Shown here: one piece after another, positions 5,633 to 14,959 of the stretch
Layout of the letters: each line of letters begins with the position of its first letter
Numbering within the stretch: the stretch's first letter is position 1
The notes under the pieces: generated by a model
Told to the model about the DNA's origin: nothing
Databases searched by the model: none
The model's input: only the letters and a program-made list of their open reading frames with translations
Made by a program: the position numbers and the translations under genes
DNA from: Candidatus Margulisiibacteriota bacterium
GTDB lineage: Bacteria > Margulisbacteria > WOR-1 > O2-12-FULL-45-9
Assembly: GCA_043816785.1 (NCBI GenBank)
Contig: JBDRHP010000104.1
Location: forward strand, 1 to 27,147
Direction of reading: 5' to 3'
DNA: 27,147 nt

Positions 5633-8034
5633 TGCGCGCCATGGAAGAGATCAACGATATCAGGGAGAAATTGAGAAAGGACCCCAATAATCCTTATGCC
5701 TTAAGGGCGGTGGGGAAATATTATTTGCGTGCAGGCCAGTATAAGCTGGCCAAAAATCATTATAACCAGGCGGTCAGCCTTTTTCCCCGTCTCTGGCCTG
5801 AGGTCATGCTTGATTACGAGCAGCAGATAGAACGTGAGCCCAAAAAAGTTGGGCCGCGGATGTCCTTGGCTGGGTTTGATGTTTTCCAGGGCGATGTGGA
5901 AGCGGCGATACTGGAATTAGAGGAGATCCTGGAGGTCAGCCCCAAAAATGTTGAAGCTTATAATATCCTGGGGAAGATCTTTGTTTTGCAGGGCAGGGTA
6001 GATGAGGTCATTGCCCTGCTGGAGAGGTCAGTCCAGCATGGGATCAAGGATGTGGCCTTAACAGAGATCCTGGCCGGCGCTTACCTGGAAAAAGGCAGAA
6101 TTAATGAAGCGATCAGATTCTACAATGAGATCCTTCATTATAAACCAGGTGATAAACAGACCCTGCGGATCCTTGGTGAATTATACAACCGGGTAGAAGA
6201 GTATAATCAGGCGGCCCTGAGCTATCAGGCAATGTTTTCCGATGATCCGGAAGTCAGCCGCGAAGTGGTCCAGCGTTTGGAAGCGTTATTGCAAAAGCAG
6301 GAAGGCAATGTCTTTATCCGGGAGATCCTGGCGGACATCTATATGAGATCGCTGAAGCCCGAGGCCGCGGTCGCTAAACTGCTGGAAATAATTCACCTGG
6401 ATCACCAAAAGCTAAATGATGTTGTTGTTAAATTGAAAGCGATCTTAAAGAACTACCCCGGGCATCCGCCAGCCTGCCTGGCTTTGGCCGAGGCGCTGCG
6501 CCGGCAGGGCAATTTTAGCGAAGCGATCGAGCATTACCATGATCTGGTCAAGAACCAGCCGGATTATATTGCTGACGCCATGCGCGGGTATCAGGAAGTG
6601 CTGGAGTTTTGTCCGGAGCAGGTCCTGGGCCGGACCTATCTGGCAGAAGCTTTCCTGTATAAGAACCAGGTCAAGGAAGCGCTGGAACAATTTGAGCTGA
6701 TGCTCCGGGTTGATGTGAGTTCAGCCGAAGCCGTTGTCCGCCGCTGCCGTGAGATCATTAAATCCCAGCCCCAGCTGTTATTGGCTCGTCTGGTACTGGG
6801 CAGGGCTTATTTGGCTCTGGGGGATATTCAGCGAGCAGCTGTGGAAGCCGAAGGCATCGTGGCCATTGACAAAAAATTTACCGCAGCTTATTTGCTGCTG
6901 GGTGAGGCCTATTTCAAATTAAAGCTTTGCCGCAAGGCTGTTAAAGTCGTAGGCCAGGCTTTGATCATGGAGCCATATAATATCCGTATCCAGGAAAAGT
7001 ATCGCGAGATCAAGGAAAGGGAACTTGAGCTGGAAACTGAGAAAGCGAAAAGTAGAATTGTTGAAGATCCCTGGAGGATCGCTCTTCACCTGGACCTGGC
7101 CAAGCTTTATATCCAAAAAGACATGCAGGAGGAAGCGATCCGCGAATTGCAGACCGCGATCAAGGACCAGGCCCGCGCGCCTTTTGCTTTTAATCTGCTG
7201 GGCTGCCTTTATCGGGGAGATGGCCGCTTTGATCTGGCCGCGGCGCAGTACAATCGGGCCTTAGAGCTGGCCCCGGCTGAGCTGGCGGATTTTAAAAAGA
7301 CCGCGCGGTTCAATCTGGGGACAACGTTTGAAGCTTGCGGGCAGGTGAGCAAGGCGATCAAGATCTACGAGAGCATCCTGCAAGAAGATATTGATTTTGG
7401 TGATGTCGGACGCAGGGTCAAATACCTTAAAGCTACGAGTTTGAAAAGCATGCAAGCCAAATCCCTTTTAATGGTATTTCTCAAACCAGGAGCCAAGGAG
7501 ATCGTGGCTGTCTGGGGAAGGGAAGGCAAGACCGGCAAAGGCGGCCGGAGAGAGGAGATGAGCCTTTCATTTGGGCAGACCCATAACGCGGCTGGCTTCG
7601 AGTATTTTATGAAGGGCATGTACAAGGCCGCGATGGAGGAATTTCAGCTGGCTGTCCAGCTGGACGTTAAATTTGCCAATGCCTTGAATAATCTGGGCGT
7701 AGCCTTGCTCAAAGAGGGGAAACTTTACGAAGCCAGAGCTAAGTTTGAGAGCGCGATTGAGATCGACCAGGCTTCGCTGGTCTATCGCAGCAATCTCGGC
7801 TTGGCTTACTTTTTACTGGGCCAGCTTGACCAGGCTGCTTACGAAATTGAAAAGGCCTATACTATTGATCCGGAAAATAGCGCTGTTCGCCTCAACCTGG
7901 GCGATATCTGTTATCTGAAAAAAGATATTAAACGAGCGATGGATCTTTATCAGCGTACCGGCAGTTTTGATGTCTTAACCGAGATCGCTGAGCAGCGGCT
8001 GCGGTTTAAAATTCCCCAACTTAAGACAGAATGA
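5632..8034 (+). CDS. Large tetratricopeptide-repeat protein
   Basis: Many TPR-like units (AYNILGKIF, ALNNLGVALLKEG, YRSNLGLAYF); no signal peptide or TM seen. Confidence 0.88.
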   Translation: MRAMEEINDIREKLRKDPNNPYALRAVGKYYLRAGQYKLAKNHYNQAVSLFPRLWPEVMLDYEQQIEREPKKVGPRMSLAGFDVFQGDVEAAILELEEILEVSPKNVEAYNILGKIFVLQGRVDEVIALLERSVQHGIKDVALTEILAGAYLEKGRINEAIRFYNEILHYKPGDKQTLRILGELYNRVEEYNQAALSYQAMFSDDPEVSREVVQRLEALLQKQEGNVFIREILADIYMRSLKPEAAVAKLLEIIHLDHQKLNDVVVKLKAILKNYPGHPPACLALAEALRRQGNFSEAIEHYHDLVKNQPDYIADAMRGYQEVLEFCPEQVLGRTYLAEAFLYKNQVKEALEQFELMLRVDVSSAEAVVRRCREIIKSQPQLLLARLVLGRAYLALGDIQRAAVEAEGIVAIDKKFTAAYLLLGEAYFKLKLCRKAVKVVGQALIMEPYNIRIQEKYREIKERELELETEKAKSRIVEDPWRIALHLDLAKLYIQKDMQEEAIRELQTAIKDQARAPFAFNLLGCLYRGDGRFDLAAAQYNRALELAPAELADFKKTARFNLGTTFEACGQVSKAIKIYESILQEDIDFGDVGRRVKYLKATSLKSMQAKSLLMVFLKPGAKEIVAVWGREGKTGKGGRREEMSLSFGQTHNAAGFEYFMKGMYKAAMEEFQLAVQLDVKFANALNNLGVALLKEGKLYEARAKFESAIEIDQASLVYRSNLGLAYFLLGQLDQAAYEIEKAYTIDPENSAVRLNLGDICYLKKDIKRAMDLYQRTGSFDVLTEIAEQRLRFKIPQLKTE

Positions 8035-10388
8035 CCAAGCAAATTCCAAGTTACAAGCTACAAATTACAAGCAAAAAACAAAAAACAAATCACAAATTAC
8101 AAATTTGGAAATTGTTAATTGTAATTTGCTTGGGATTTGGAATTTGTAGTTTGGGATTTTGTGGCCCAATCCTTGCTCAAGAGATCCCCGTTAACATTAA
8201 AGCTGACAAGCTAAAATTCATCGAAGGGACCAGCCTGGTCACGGCTTCTGGCTCGGTTGAAGTAAGCCTTAAAGGCGTAATTATTCAGGCTGATAAATTG
8301 CTGATGGATTCAGCCAGCAATATTGCTACTGCTGAAGGCAATGTAAAGTTGATCACCAAAGATTATCAAGCAGAATCAAGCTATATTGTTTACGACGCTG
8401 ACGGGGAAATAACCTCCTTTGCTGATTTTAAGACCAAGCTGCGGCCAAAAACACTCAAGGGCCCCTTGTTTTTGTCGGCCAAGGAATTAAATGACCGTGG
8501 TAAGGAAATGCTGGGAGAGCAGGGTGAGCTGACCACGTGTGAAGATGAAATACCCCACTTTTTTTTGCTGGCTGATCGGGTAGAGTATTACCCCGATGAT
8601 AAGGTGCTGGCCTTTAATGTTATTATTTATGTGGGTAATATGCCGGCTTTCTGGCTGCCGTTCATCTATTATGATCTAAGCAAAAAGGGCCAAAGAAATT
8701 GGGTCTATGGCCACAATGAGGTGGAGGGTGATTATTTGAAAACCACCTGGGGTTATCCGCTGGGCATTCTTTATCTCGATCAAATGGAGAAGAAGGGTTT
8801 TGGCCAGGGCACGGAGCTGGCTTATGGTCTCCTGGGTTTGGGCGCGGGCACGCTGTTCCTTTACCATCTGGATGAGAAGGATACCGGGATAACAGATTGG
8901 GTCACGCGGATCAATCATACCAAACAAATTAATCCCTGGACCACTTTGAATCTGAATCATAAATATACCGCGACATATCTTATCCCTGCCGGCAGAAATG
9001 ACCAGACGGATTTTGGCTTGAGCCTGGGATATAATAATAAAGCCCGCTGGAATCTCGGGCTGAACATGTTTGAGGACCGGCTGGCGTTTTTGCAGAGAAA
9101 CTCTTTTGGCTTTAGTCAATCTTATGAGCAGATCGCCACGACCTATAATTTTAATTATGACCAGTCTAAACGAGATCCAAAATGGATCAGGGCGTCGCAA
9201 CGGCTGACTTACCGCCGGCCGCTATCGGACAGAACCACGTTAAGTACCAGGATGAATTATTATAATAATGTGGCTGCGGGCGGGCAGCCCGGGGATGAGC
9301 GTTTGGAGCCGGTGGTTGATATTTCCGGCAGGGAAAATGGCTACAGCTGGCGCCTGACCGAGAATTGGTATATTGATCTGGACGGTGATACCTATACCGG
9401 CGATGAGTCATATCAGTTTATGGAAAAACTACCAGAGCTGGAGGTCACGCCCAATCCCATTGATCTTAAGCTTTTTACCCTGCGGCCCAAGTTTGGCTAT
9501 GGGCATTATCATGAGGTGCGCTATGTGCCGGCCTTAGGCTGCAACCGGGATTTTGCAGCCCAGCGTTACCAGTCTACCTTAAGCCTTGATCGTAGCGTTT
9601 CCCTGGCTCTGGGCACAGTGGCGACCTTAGGGCTTGGCCTGGACCAATTTCTTTATTCACCGGGTGATGAACGATATAGCTACCGTGAAAGCCTGGCGCT
9701 GCGCACAAGCCTGGGCGGTTTTTTCAGCAATAACATCAATTTTCAAAAAGGCAGCAGTGACGGCAACACGCCTTTTTTGTTTGACCAGCTCGGGACCAAC
9801 TATCATAATGTTCGCGACCAAATGACTTTTTCCCGCGGCAGTCAGCTGGTCTGGACCATCGATGGCGGGCACAACTGGCAGACCCACCAGTGGTTTGACG
9901 TGATGACTAATTTGACAGTCAGACCGGATCAAAGGCTGGCCTGGAACATCCGCACTGGCTGGAGCATTGAAGAGAGAAAATCCCGCGATCTGGTAAATAG
10001 CCTGACCCTGTCGCCTTATAGTTTCTTGTCCACGCAGTTTTCCACGGTCTCGGATATGAACGTGGGCTTATTGAAATCCGGCAGCATCTTGTATGATGTC
10101 TTTTTTCTGGAAGGCCAGGCTAACCAGCTGCATCTGAAGTTTAGCCAGGTCTATGAGGTTGCCACTGAACAATTCAAGCTGCGTGATATAATGGTGATAA
10201 AGGATCTGCATTGCTGGGAGCTTAGATATACTTACTCCGAGTATCGCAAAGAATTCAGTATGACCATCAGTTTAAAAGCCTTGCCTGGCGAGCCGGTGGG
10301 CATGTCGACCGGCCGGGGATTCTATTTTGAGGGGCTAGAGAGAGAGCTGGGAGAGATTAAGCCAGAAGGGGCCATTAGGAGGTATTAG
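8031..10388 (+). CDS. lptD: LPS-assembly protein LptD-like outer-membrane protein
   Basis: Signal peptide, OstA-like N-domain (IKADKL...ASGSV...AEGNV), LTTC...PHF motif, beta-rich barrel region, C-terminal DLHCWE; lpt gene context. Confidence 0.75.
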   Translation: MTKQIPSYKLQITSKKQKTNHKLQIWKLLIVICLGFGICSLGFCGPILAQEIPVNIKADKLKFIEGTSLVTASGSVEVSLKGVIIQADKLLMDSASNIATAEGNVKLITKDYQAESSYIVYDADGEITSFADFKTKLRPKTLKGPLFLSAKELNDRGKEMLGEQGELTTCEDEIPHFFLLADRVEYYPDDKVLAFNVIIYVGNMPAFWLPFIYYDLSKKGQRNWVYGHNEVEGDYLKTTWGYPLGILYLDQMEKKGFGQGTELAYGLLGLGAGTLFLYHLDEKDTGITDWVTRINHTKQINPWTTLNLNHKYTATYLIPAGRNDQTDFGLSLGYNNKARWNLGLNMFEDRLAFLQRNSFGFSQSYEQIATTYNFNYDQSKRDPKWIRASQRLTYRRPLSDRTTLSTRMNYYNNVAAGGQPGDERLEPVVDISGRENGYSWRLTENWYIDLDGDTYTGDESYQFMEKLPELEVTPNPIDLKLFTLRPKFGYGHYHEVRYVPALGCNRDFAAQRYQSTLSLDRSVSLALGTVATLGLGLDQFLYSPGDERYSYRESLALRTSLGGFFSNNINFQKGSSDGNTPFLFDQLGTNYHNVRDQMTFSRGSQLVWTIDGGHNWQTHQWFDVMTNLTVRPDQRLAWNIRTGWSIEERKSRDLVNSLTLSPYSFLSTQFSTVSDMNVGLLKSGSILYDVFFLEGQANQLHLKFSQVYEVATEQFKLRDIMVIKDLHCWELRYTYSEYRKEFSMTISLKALPGEPVGMSTGRGFYFEGLERELGEIKPEGAIRRY
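8035..8160. repeat. Heptamer-periodic (CAAATTA-like) inverted repeat encoding the LptD signal peptide
   Basis: CAAATTC CAAGTTA CAAGCTA CAAATTA ... then TGTAATT TGCT TGGGATT TGGAATT TGTAGTT; 8035-8045 pairs with 8123-8133 and 8040-8049 with 8137-8146. Confidence 0.85.
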
Positions 10389-10390
10389 TT

Positions 10391-11038
10391 TTGCGTGTTT
10401 GGCGGGTAATGTTGTTAGTAATTAGTTGTTTGTTGCTGGTGGGCTGCTCCAGAACCGTGACCCAGATAGTCAACTATGGTGACCAGATGACTGTTTCCGT
10501 GACTTTGCGGGGGAACATAGATGTTAGCGCCAATCGCTACTTTATGGTCTTAAGCGACAATCGTAATTTTAAGGTGCCGCTGCCGCCGCCGTACCAGCTG
10601 GACACGGCGCCGGAATTTATTGAGCCGGACATGACACCCCAGACAGGTTCCCTTGAGGCTTATTTTACAAATTTCTTCTCTGCCTGGTCAGGCTATGTTG
10701 TTTTGGACACCACTGGTTATACCCTGGTTACCGGGCCTTTTGTGATCAACCAGGCGCCGACCAGAGAAGTCTTGTCAACGCTGGGGAGCATTAACACCAC
10801 GATCAGTTTTGACTTCCGCCTGGGCGAATTATTTGCCACTGTGCCTGACCTGATCTATTTTGATATTATTGCGGTTTCCTGGCCGGATGGGGCGGAAAAA
10901 GTGCCGGCTGATCATTTGCCCTCCACGGACAATTCGATCTCCAAGATCCAGGGTTCGATCAAGACGGTTGCTGACATAGAGGATCCCAGCCTGGATCCCG
11001 GTCTGGATATTATAAACTGTACGGTAGAGATCCAATGA
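10391..11038 (+). CDS. Hypothetical lipoprotein
   Basis: Signal peptide with lipobox LVGC; tightly packed between lptD and lnt. Confidence 0.7.
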   Translation: MRVWRVMLLVISCLLLVGCSRTVTQIVNYGDQMTVSVTLRGNIDVSANRYFMVLSDNRNFKVPLPPPYQLDTAPEFIEPDMTPQTGSLEAYFTNFFSAWSGYVVLDTTGYTLVTGPFVINQAPTREVLSTLGSINTTISFDFRLGELFATVPDLIYFDIIAVSWPDGAEKVPADHLPSTDNSISKIQGSIKTVADIEDPSLDPGLDIINCTVEIQ

Positions 11039-12447
11039 TAAATATTGCCTTGGCCGCAGCTTCCGCAGTAGCCGCGGCCTTGATCTTTCCAAAATTTAAT
11101 CTGTATTGGCTGGCCTGGCTGGCCCTGGTGCCGTTTTTCCTGTCGCTGTATCGGGCCAAAGGCTGGCGCGAAGCGCTGTGCTGCGGCTTTATTTTTGGAG
11201 TGATCTTCTTTGGCATTCACCTGGCCTGGCTCTTGACCCTTTTTCGCTTTGTCTCCTGGTGGATAGCGCTGGGCTGGGTCTGTCTGGTCTTGTTTCAAAC
11301 TTTATTTATCCTGTTATTTGTCTGGCTTTTTCGCCTCAGCCGTTTTGTTGATTTTGCCAATGCCCTGGTTATTGCTTTGCTTTGGACAGCCATAGAGTGG
11401 CTGCGAGCCTGGGGGCCTTTTGGGGTTACTGGCGGGGACTTGGGGTATTCGCAGGTTCAGTTTCTTCCTTTGATCCAAATAGCTTCCTTTAGCTCTGTTT
11501 ATGGGGTCAGTTTTCTAATTGTTCTGGTTAATGTAACAATTGCGGACATACTAATGGAACCAGCGACTAAACGTCGCGGTTCCATAATATTTACTATCGC
11601 TTTGCTAATTGTGTCCCTAAGCTATGGTTTTTTTGTGTTGCGAGGGAACCGACCTGCCTTGCCGGCAGGCAGGGAAGTTTATTCTCAGGTTCCCGAGCAA
11701 AGTCTCAAGGTAGCTTTGATCCAGCCTAATATAGACCAAAGGGATCGGCTTGATCCCAGAAAGGTCAAGACTATTTTCAACATCAATAAGCAGCTGACCC
11801 AACAGGCGCTGCAGCAGAAACCAGATGTTGTCGTCTGGCCGGAAACATCCTTGTTTACTTACGTGCTGCATGATCAAGCTTTATTCGCGGAGATAAAAGA
11901 GCTTGCCAGACAAACTGGGGTCTGGCTGGTCATGGGAGTGCCGCACTATGTCGGGAACAAAGCTTATAACTCGCTAATTTCGATCTCACCCTCTGGTGAG
12001 GTTGTCTCCCGTTATGATAAGCAGCACCTGGTGCCTTTTGGTGAATATTTGCCTTTCCGCGCCTTGCTTTATCCCTTCCTCAGAGGGGTGGGCTATTATG
12101 AAGGAGCCTATGATTCTAATCCCCAGCCGCAGCAGCTGAAAGTCGGGAAGTTAGATCTGGCAGCGGCGATCTGCTTTGAATCTACTTTTCCTTATGCTAT
12201 CAGGGACCGGGTTAAACCAGGGTCGGCTTTTATTTTACTTGTTACTAATGATGCCTGGTTTAACGATTCTTCGGCCCTTTATTTTCATCTAAACTGCGGA
12301 GTGTTTAGGGCGATCGAAAATAGAAAGTATTTTATTCAGGTCGGGAATACTGGTATTTCTGCGGTTGTCGATCCCTATGGCCGGATACTTGAGGAATTGC
12401 CGGTTAACCAGCGCCAGGTCTTAATTTTTAAGGTACCGCTCTCCTAG
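11035..12447 (+). CDS. lnt: Apolipoprotein N-acyltransferase
   Basis: QPNI, WPET, YDKQHLVPFGEY, ICFES, TNDAWF, RAIEN and NTGISAVVDPYG motifs. Confidence 0.96.
   Translation: MINIALAAASAVAAALIFPKFNLYWLAWLALVPFFLSLYRAKGWREALCCGFIFGVIFFGIHLAWLLTLFRFVSWWIALGWVCLVLFQTLFILLFVWLFRLSRFVDFANALVIALLWTAIEWLRAWGPFGVTGGDLGYSQVQFLPLIQIASFSSVYGVSFLIVLVNVTIADILMEPATKRRGSIIFTIALLIVSLSYGFFVLRGNRPALPAGREVYSQVPEQSLKVALIQPNIDQRDRLDPRKVKTIFNINKQLTQQALQQKPDVVVWPETSLFTYVLHDQALFAEIKELARQTGVWLVMGVPHYVGNKAYNSLISISPSGEVVSRYDKQHLVPFGEYLPFRALLYPFLRGVGYYEGAYDSNPQPQQLKVGKLDLAAAICFESTFPYAIRDRVKPGSAFILLVTNDAWFNDSSALYFHLNCGVFRAIENRKYFIQVGNTGISAVVDPYGRILEELPVNQRQVLIFKVPLS
11554..11585 (+). repeat. Bulged REP-like hairpin inside lnt
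   Basis: ATGGAACC-A-GCGAC-TAAAC-GTCGC-GGTTCCAT; same architecture as two copies at the glyQ-glyS junction. Confidence 0.75.
11653..11673. repeat. Short GC-rich palindrome inside lnt
   Basis: CCTGCCT-TGCCGGC-AGGCAGG, exactly 7 in-frame codons (PALPAGR). Confidence 0.6.
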
Positions 12448-12810
12448 GATCACCGCGGCATAATCATCGATCAGTACCGGGGGCACGCGTAAGGAAGCTG
12501 GCACCAGACACCACAAGCCTTTAGGTTTATTCTCCTGCCAATAACGCTGGCGAGCTTCCAGGGTTGAATTTTTTTCCGAGACAAAAACAACATGGAGATT
12601 AAGGTCCAGTCTGGCGATCTCTTTTTCCAGCTGCCTGCCAGAAGAGCTTTGGCCGACTACAAGATTGCTGACCTGATAGCTGGTGGTGTATTGGAGAATT
12701 GCCCGGGCAATGTCTGCTCTGGCTTGGACCTTTTTGTCCAGCACCCGGCCAGCTGGATCAAGGACCGCGAGCCCGCATTTGTTTTTGCCTGGGTCGATAG
12801 CGATAATCAT
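12421..12810 (-). CDS. YqgF/RuvX-like RNase H-fold nuclease
   Basis: IAIDPGKNKCGLAV, VSEKNSTLEAR and DDYAAVILGERYL motifs; 3' end overlaps lnt by 27 bp. Confidence 0.85.
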   Translation of the reverse strand: MIIAIDPGKNKCGLAVLDPAGRVLDKKVQARADIARAILQYTTSYQVSNLVVGQSSSGRQLEKEIARLDLNLHVVFVSEKNSTLEARQRYWQENKPKGLWCLVPASLRVPPVLIDDYAAVILGERYLKN

Positions 12811-13865
12811 TGGTAAAAGATCTTGAAATCCACTTCCAGAGGGCCAACTGCGTAAGTGTTTTCTTTGGCAAAAGTCCTGAGATTAACCCCCTTTTTATAG
12901 GACTTGATCTTCTTGGCTAGAGCAAAGATCCTGGCATAGGGCACGTTGCCCACTGTGCCGCTGGCGTCAGGCAGCACCCCCGCCTTTTTGGCAGACAAAT
13001 GGGTTATGGCCAGCAGCCGCTTGATCTCCTGTTCGATCTCCGGCACAGAAAGAGAGGGGGATATTGGTGCCTCGGCGATTTTCTCGCCAGCTTTATAGAT
13101 CAGCGTGTTGGCAGAGACTTCCAGGCGGATCGGAACTTCTTCTCCAAAGAGGGTGTTGCGGGTAGCGGTGACGGAGATGATGTTTTCTCCGCGGCGCTCT
13201 GCCAGCATGGCTACTGCCTGGTCAAATTCCTCCGGCGAGATAAAAACCAGATGTTTGTCGCTTTTAATGCCAAAGCTTCTGACGTAGGTGTCAGTGGCTG
13301 AAAGAATTTGTCTAAGACCGGCCTCAAGCTTGTCCTTTTCTGGTCCGGCTTGAATGAGCGAGGTTAGCAGAACTTCTCCGACCTTAAATAATACCCTGCC
13401 TTTGCGGGCGACCTCGACTTCTTGGCCCAGCTTTTCTTTGGTCTTTTCCAGCGCGGCGATCTCGCGCTTGGCCCGGGCGAGATTTGTCTTGCTTCTGGTC
13501 AGGTCTTTTTGAATGGCAGTTAACTCTTGTTCGATCGTTGTTCGTTCGATAATCCTTTGCGCAAGTTCTTTTTTTGTTTCTGCAAGCTGGACGTTTTTTT
13601 CTGTAACGCCCCTTCTTAACTCTTCAAGACCAAACAGGGCGGTGCGGGCGTCCTGGGAGACGATCAAGATCACTCCCATAGTTGTGAAAACGATCAGGAT
13701 GCCGCTTAAAATAGTGATGGCATAGGCCGTGTGGCGCGGCCTGAGCTTAAAAACAGTCAGACGCCGCCGGCCGATCGCCCGGCCGATATAATTGCCGGCA
13801 ATGGCGATGGTTCCACCGATCAAAAGCAGCAGCAGGATTATTTTTGTGCCGAATGTGAAGATCAT
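12807..13865 (-). CDS. DUF3084 domain membrane protein
   Basis: GGTIAIAGNYIGRAIGRRRLTVFKLRPRHTA...TILSG...RTALFGLEEL motif followed by a coiled coil. Confidence 0.85.
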   Translation of the reverse strand: MIFTFGTKIILLLLLIGGTIAIAGNYIGRAIGRRRLTVFKLRPRHTAYAITILSGILIVFTTMGVILIVSQDARTALFGLEELRRGVTEKNVQLAETKKELAQRIIERTTIEQELTAIQKDLTRSKTNLARAKREIAALEKTKEKLGQEVEVARKGRVLFKVGEVLLTSLIQAGPEKDKLEAGLRQILSATDTYVRSFGIKSDKHLVFISPEEFDQAVAMLAERRGENIISVTATRNTLFGEEVPIRLEVSANTLIYKAGEKIAEAPISPSLSVPEIEQEIKRLLAITHLSAKKAGVLPDASGTVGNVPYARIFALAKKIKSYKKGVNLRTFAKENTYAVGPLEVDFKIFYQ

Positions 13866-14959
13866 TGCACGGCTTTTTTGGACAGAATATACCAGCCGAT
13901 CCCGCCCGTCGTGATGTTAGGCAGCCAGGCAGCCAGCATCGGGGCGAGCAGCTTGAGCTCACCGATCGCCAGACTGAGAAAAGTCAGGATATAGTATAAA
14001 AAGATCACAATAATTGATAAGCCCAGGCCGATCGAGGAAGAAGCCCGGCGCGGCGAGATGCCCAGCGGCGCGCCCAGCAGGGCAAAGACCAGCGAGGCAA
14101 AAGGAATAGCCATTTTTAAGTTAAGCTGAAGCTTAAAATCTGTCACGTCAACTCCCATCTTTTCTTTCAAGGCGACAAACTCGCGCAGCTCAGCGATCGT
14201 CATCTCTTCGGGATTCTTGTCGCCGATGAAAAAATCAGCCGGAGAATATTTAATAGCCAGGGCCTGTTCCTTGAACTTGATCAGGTGTTTGTATTCGCCG
14301 CTGGCGGCGATCAGGTAAATAGTGCCGGTCTTGAAGATCCATTCATCCTGGTCTTTTTGCCAGATCGCTTCTTTGGCTGTGATGATCTGGGTCAGCCGGC
14401 CGTCGGTAAATTCCTGGACAATAACATCATACATGGTCGCGCCCTTGAGGGTTTCGGCATAGAAGATCCTCTTTAGCACGCCATTTTTCATCTCCGGGAC
14501 AAAGACATTCTTTTGGAGCTTGGGCTGGTGTTTGGTCGTTGTGGCCAGCAGCAGATTCTTGGCTGCCTTGTTTGACTCAGGCACGACAATTTCCGAAAAA
14601 GCCAGGTTAACAAAGGAGACCACCAGGCCTAAAAATAGGACCGGGATCATCAGGCGATAAAGAGAAACGCCGGAGGCGCGAAAAGCGATCACTTCAGATT
14701 CACTGGACAAGCGGGAGAAGGCCAGTAAGGCCGCCAGCAGCATGGCCATGGGGAAGATGTAGACCACAATACTCGGCAGCCGATAGATAAATACCTGCAG
14801 GGCAACGATCAAGGGCATGCCTTTTAAGACAACTGCCCGGACCAGTTCAAACAAGATCATGCTGGCAGAAAGAATAGCCGTGAAAGCGCCTAAACCAAAC
14901 AAGAAAGGCTCAATGAGCTCTCTCAGAATATAACGATCAATGATCTTGATCAAAATCAA
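13862..14959 (-). CDS. LptF/LptG family LPS export permease
   Basis: IIDRYILREL and SRLSSESEVIAFRASGVS motifs; directly downstream of lptB; exact start uncertain. Confidence 0.9.
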   Translation of the reverse strand: MILIKIIDRYILRELIEPFLFGLGAFTAILSASMILFELVRAVVLKGMPLIVALQVFIYRLPSIVVYIFPMAMLLAALLAFSRLSSESEVIAFRASGVSLYRLMIPVLFLGLVVSFVNLAFSEIVVPESNKAAKNLLLATTTKHQPKLQKNVFVPEMKNGVLKRIFYAETLKGATMYDVIVQEFTDGRLTQIITAKEAIWQKDQDEWIFKTGTIYLIAASGEYKHLIKFKEQALAIKYSPADFFIGDKNPEEMTIAELREFVALKEKMGVDVTDFKLQLNLKMAIPFASLVFALLGAPLGISPRRASSSIGLGLSIIVIFLYYILTFLSLAIGELKLLAPMLAAWLPNITTGGIGWYILSKKAVQ

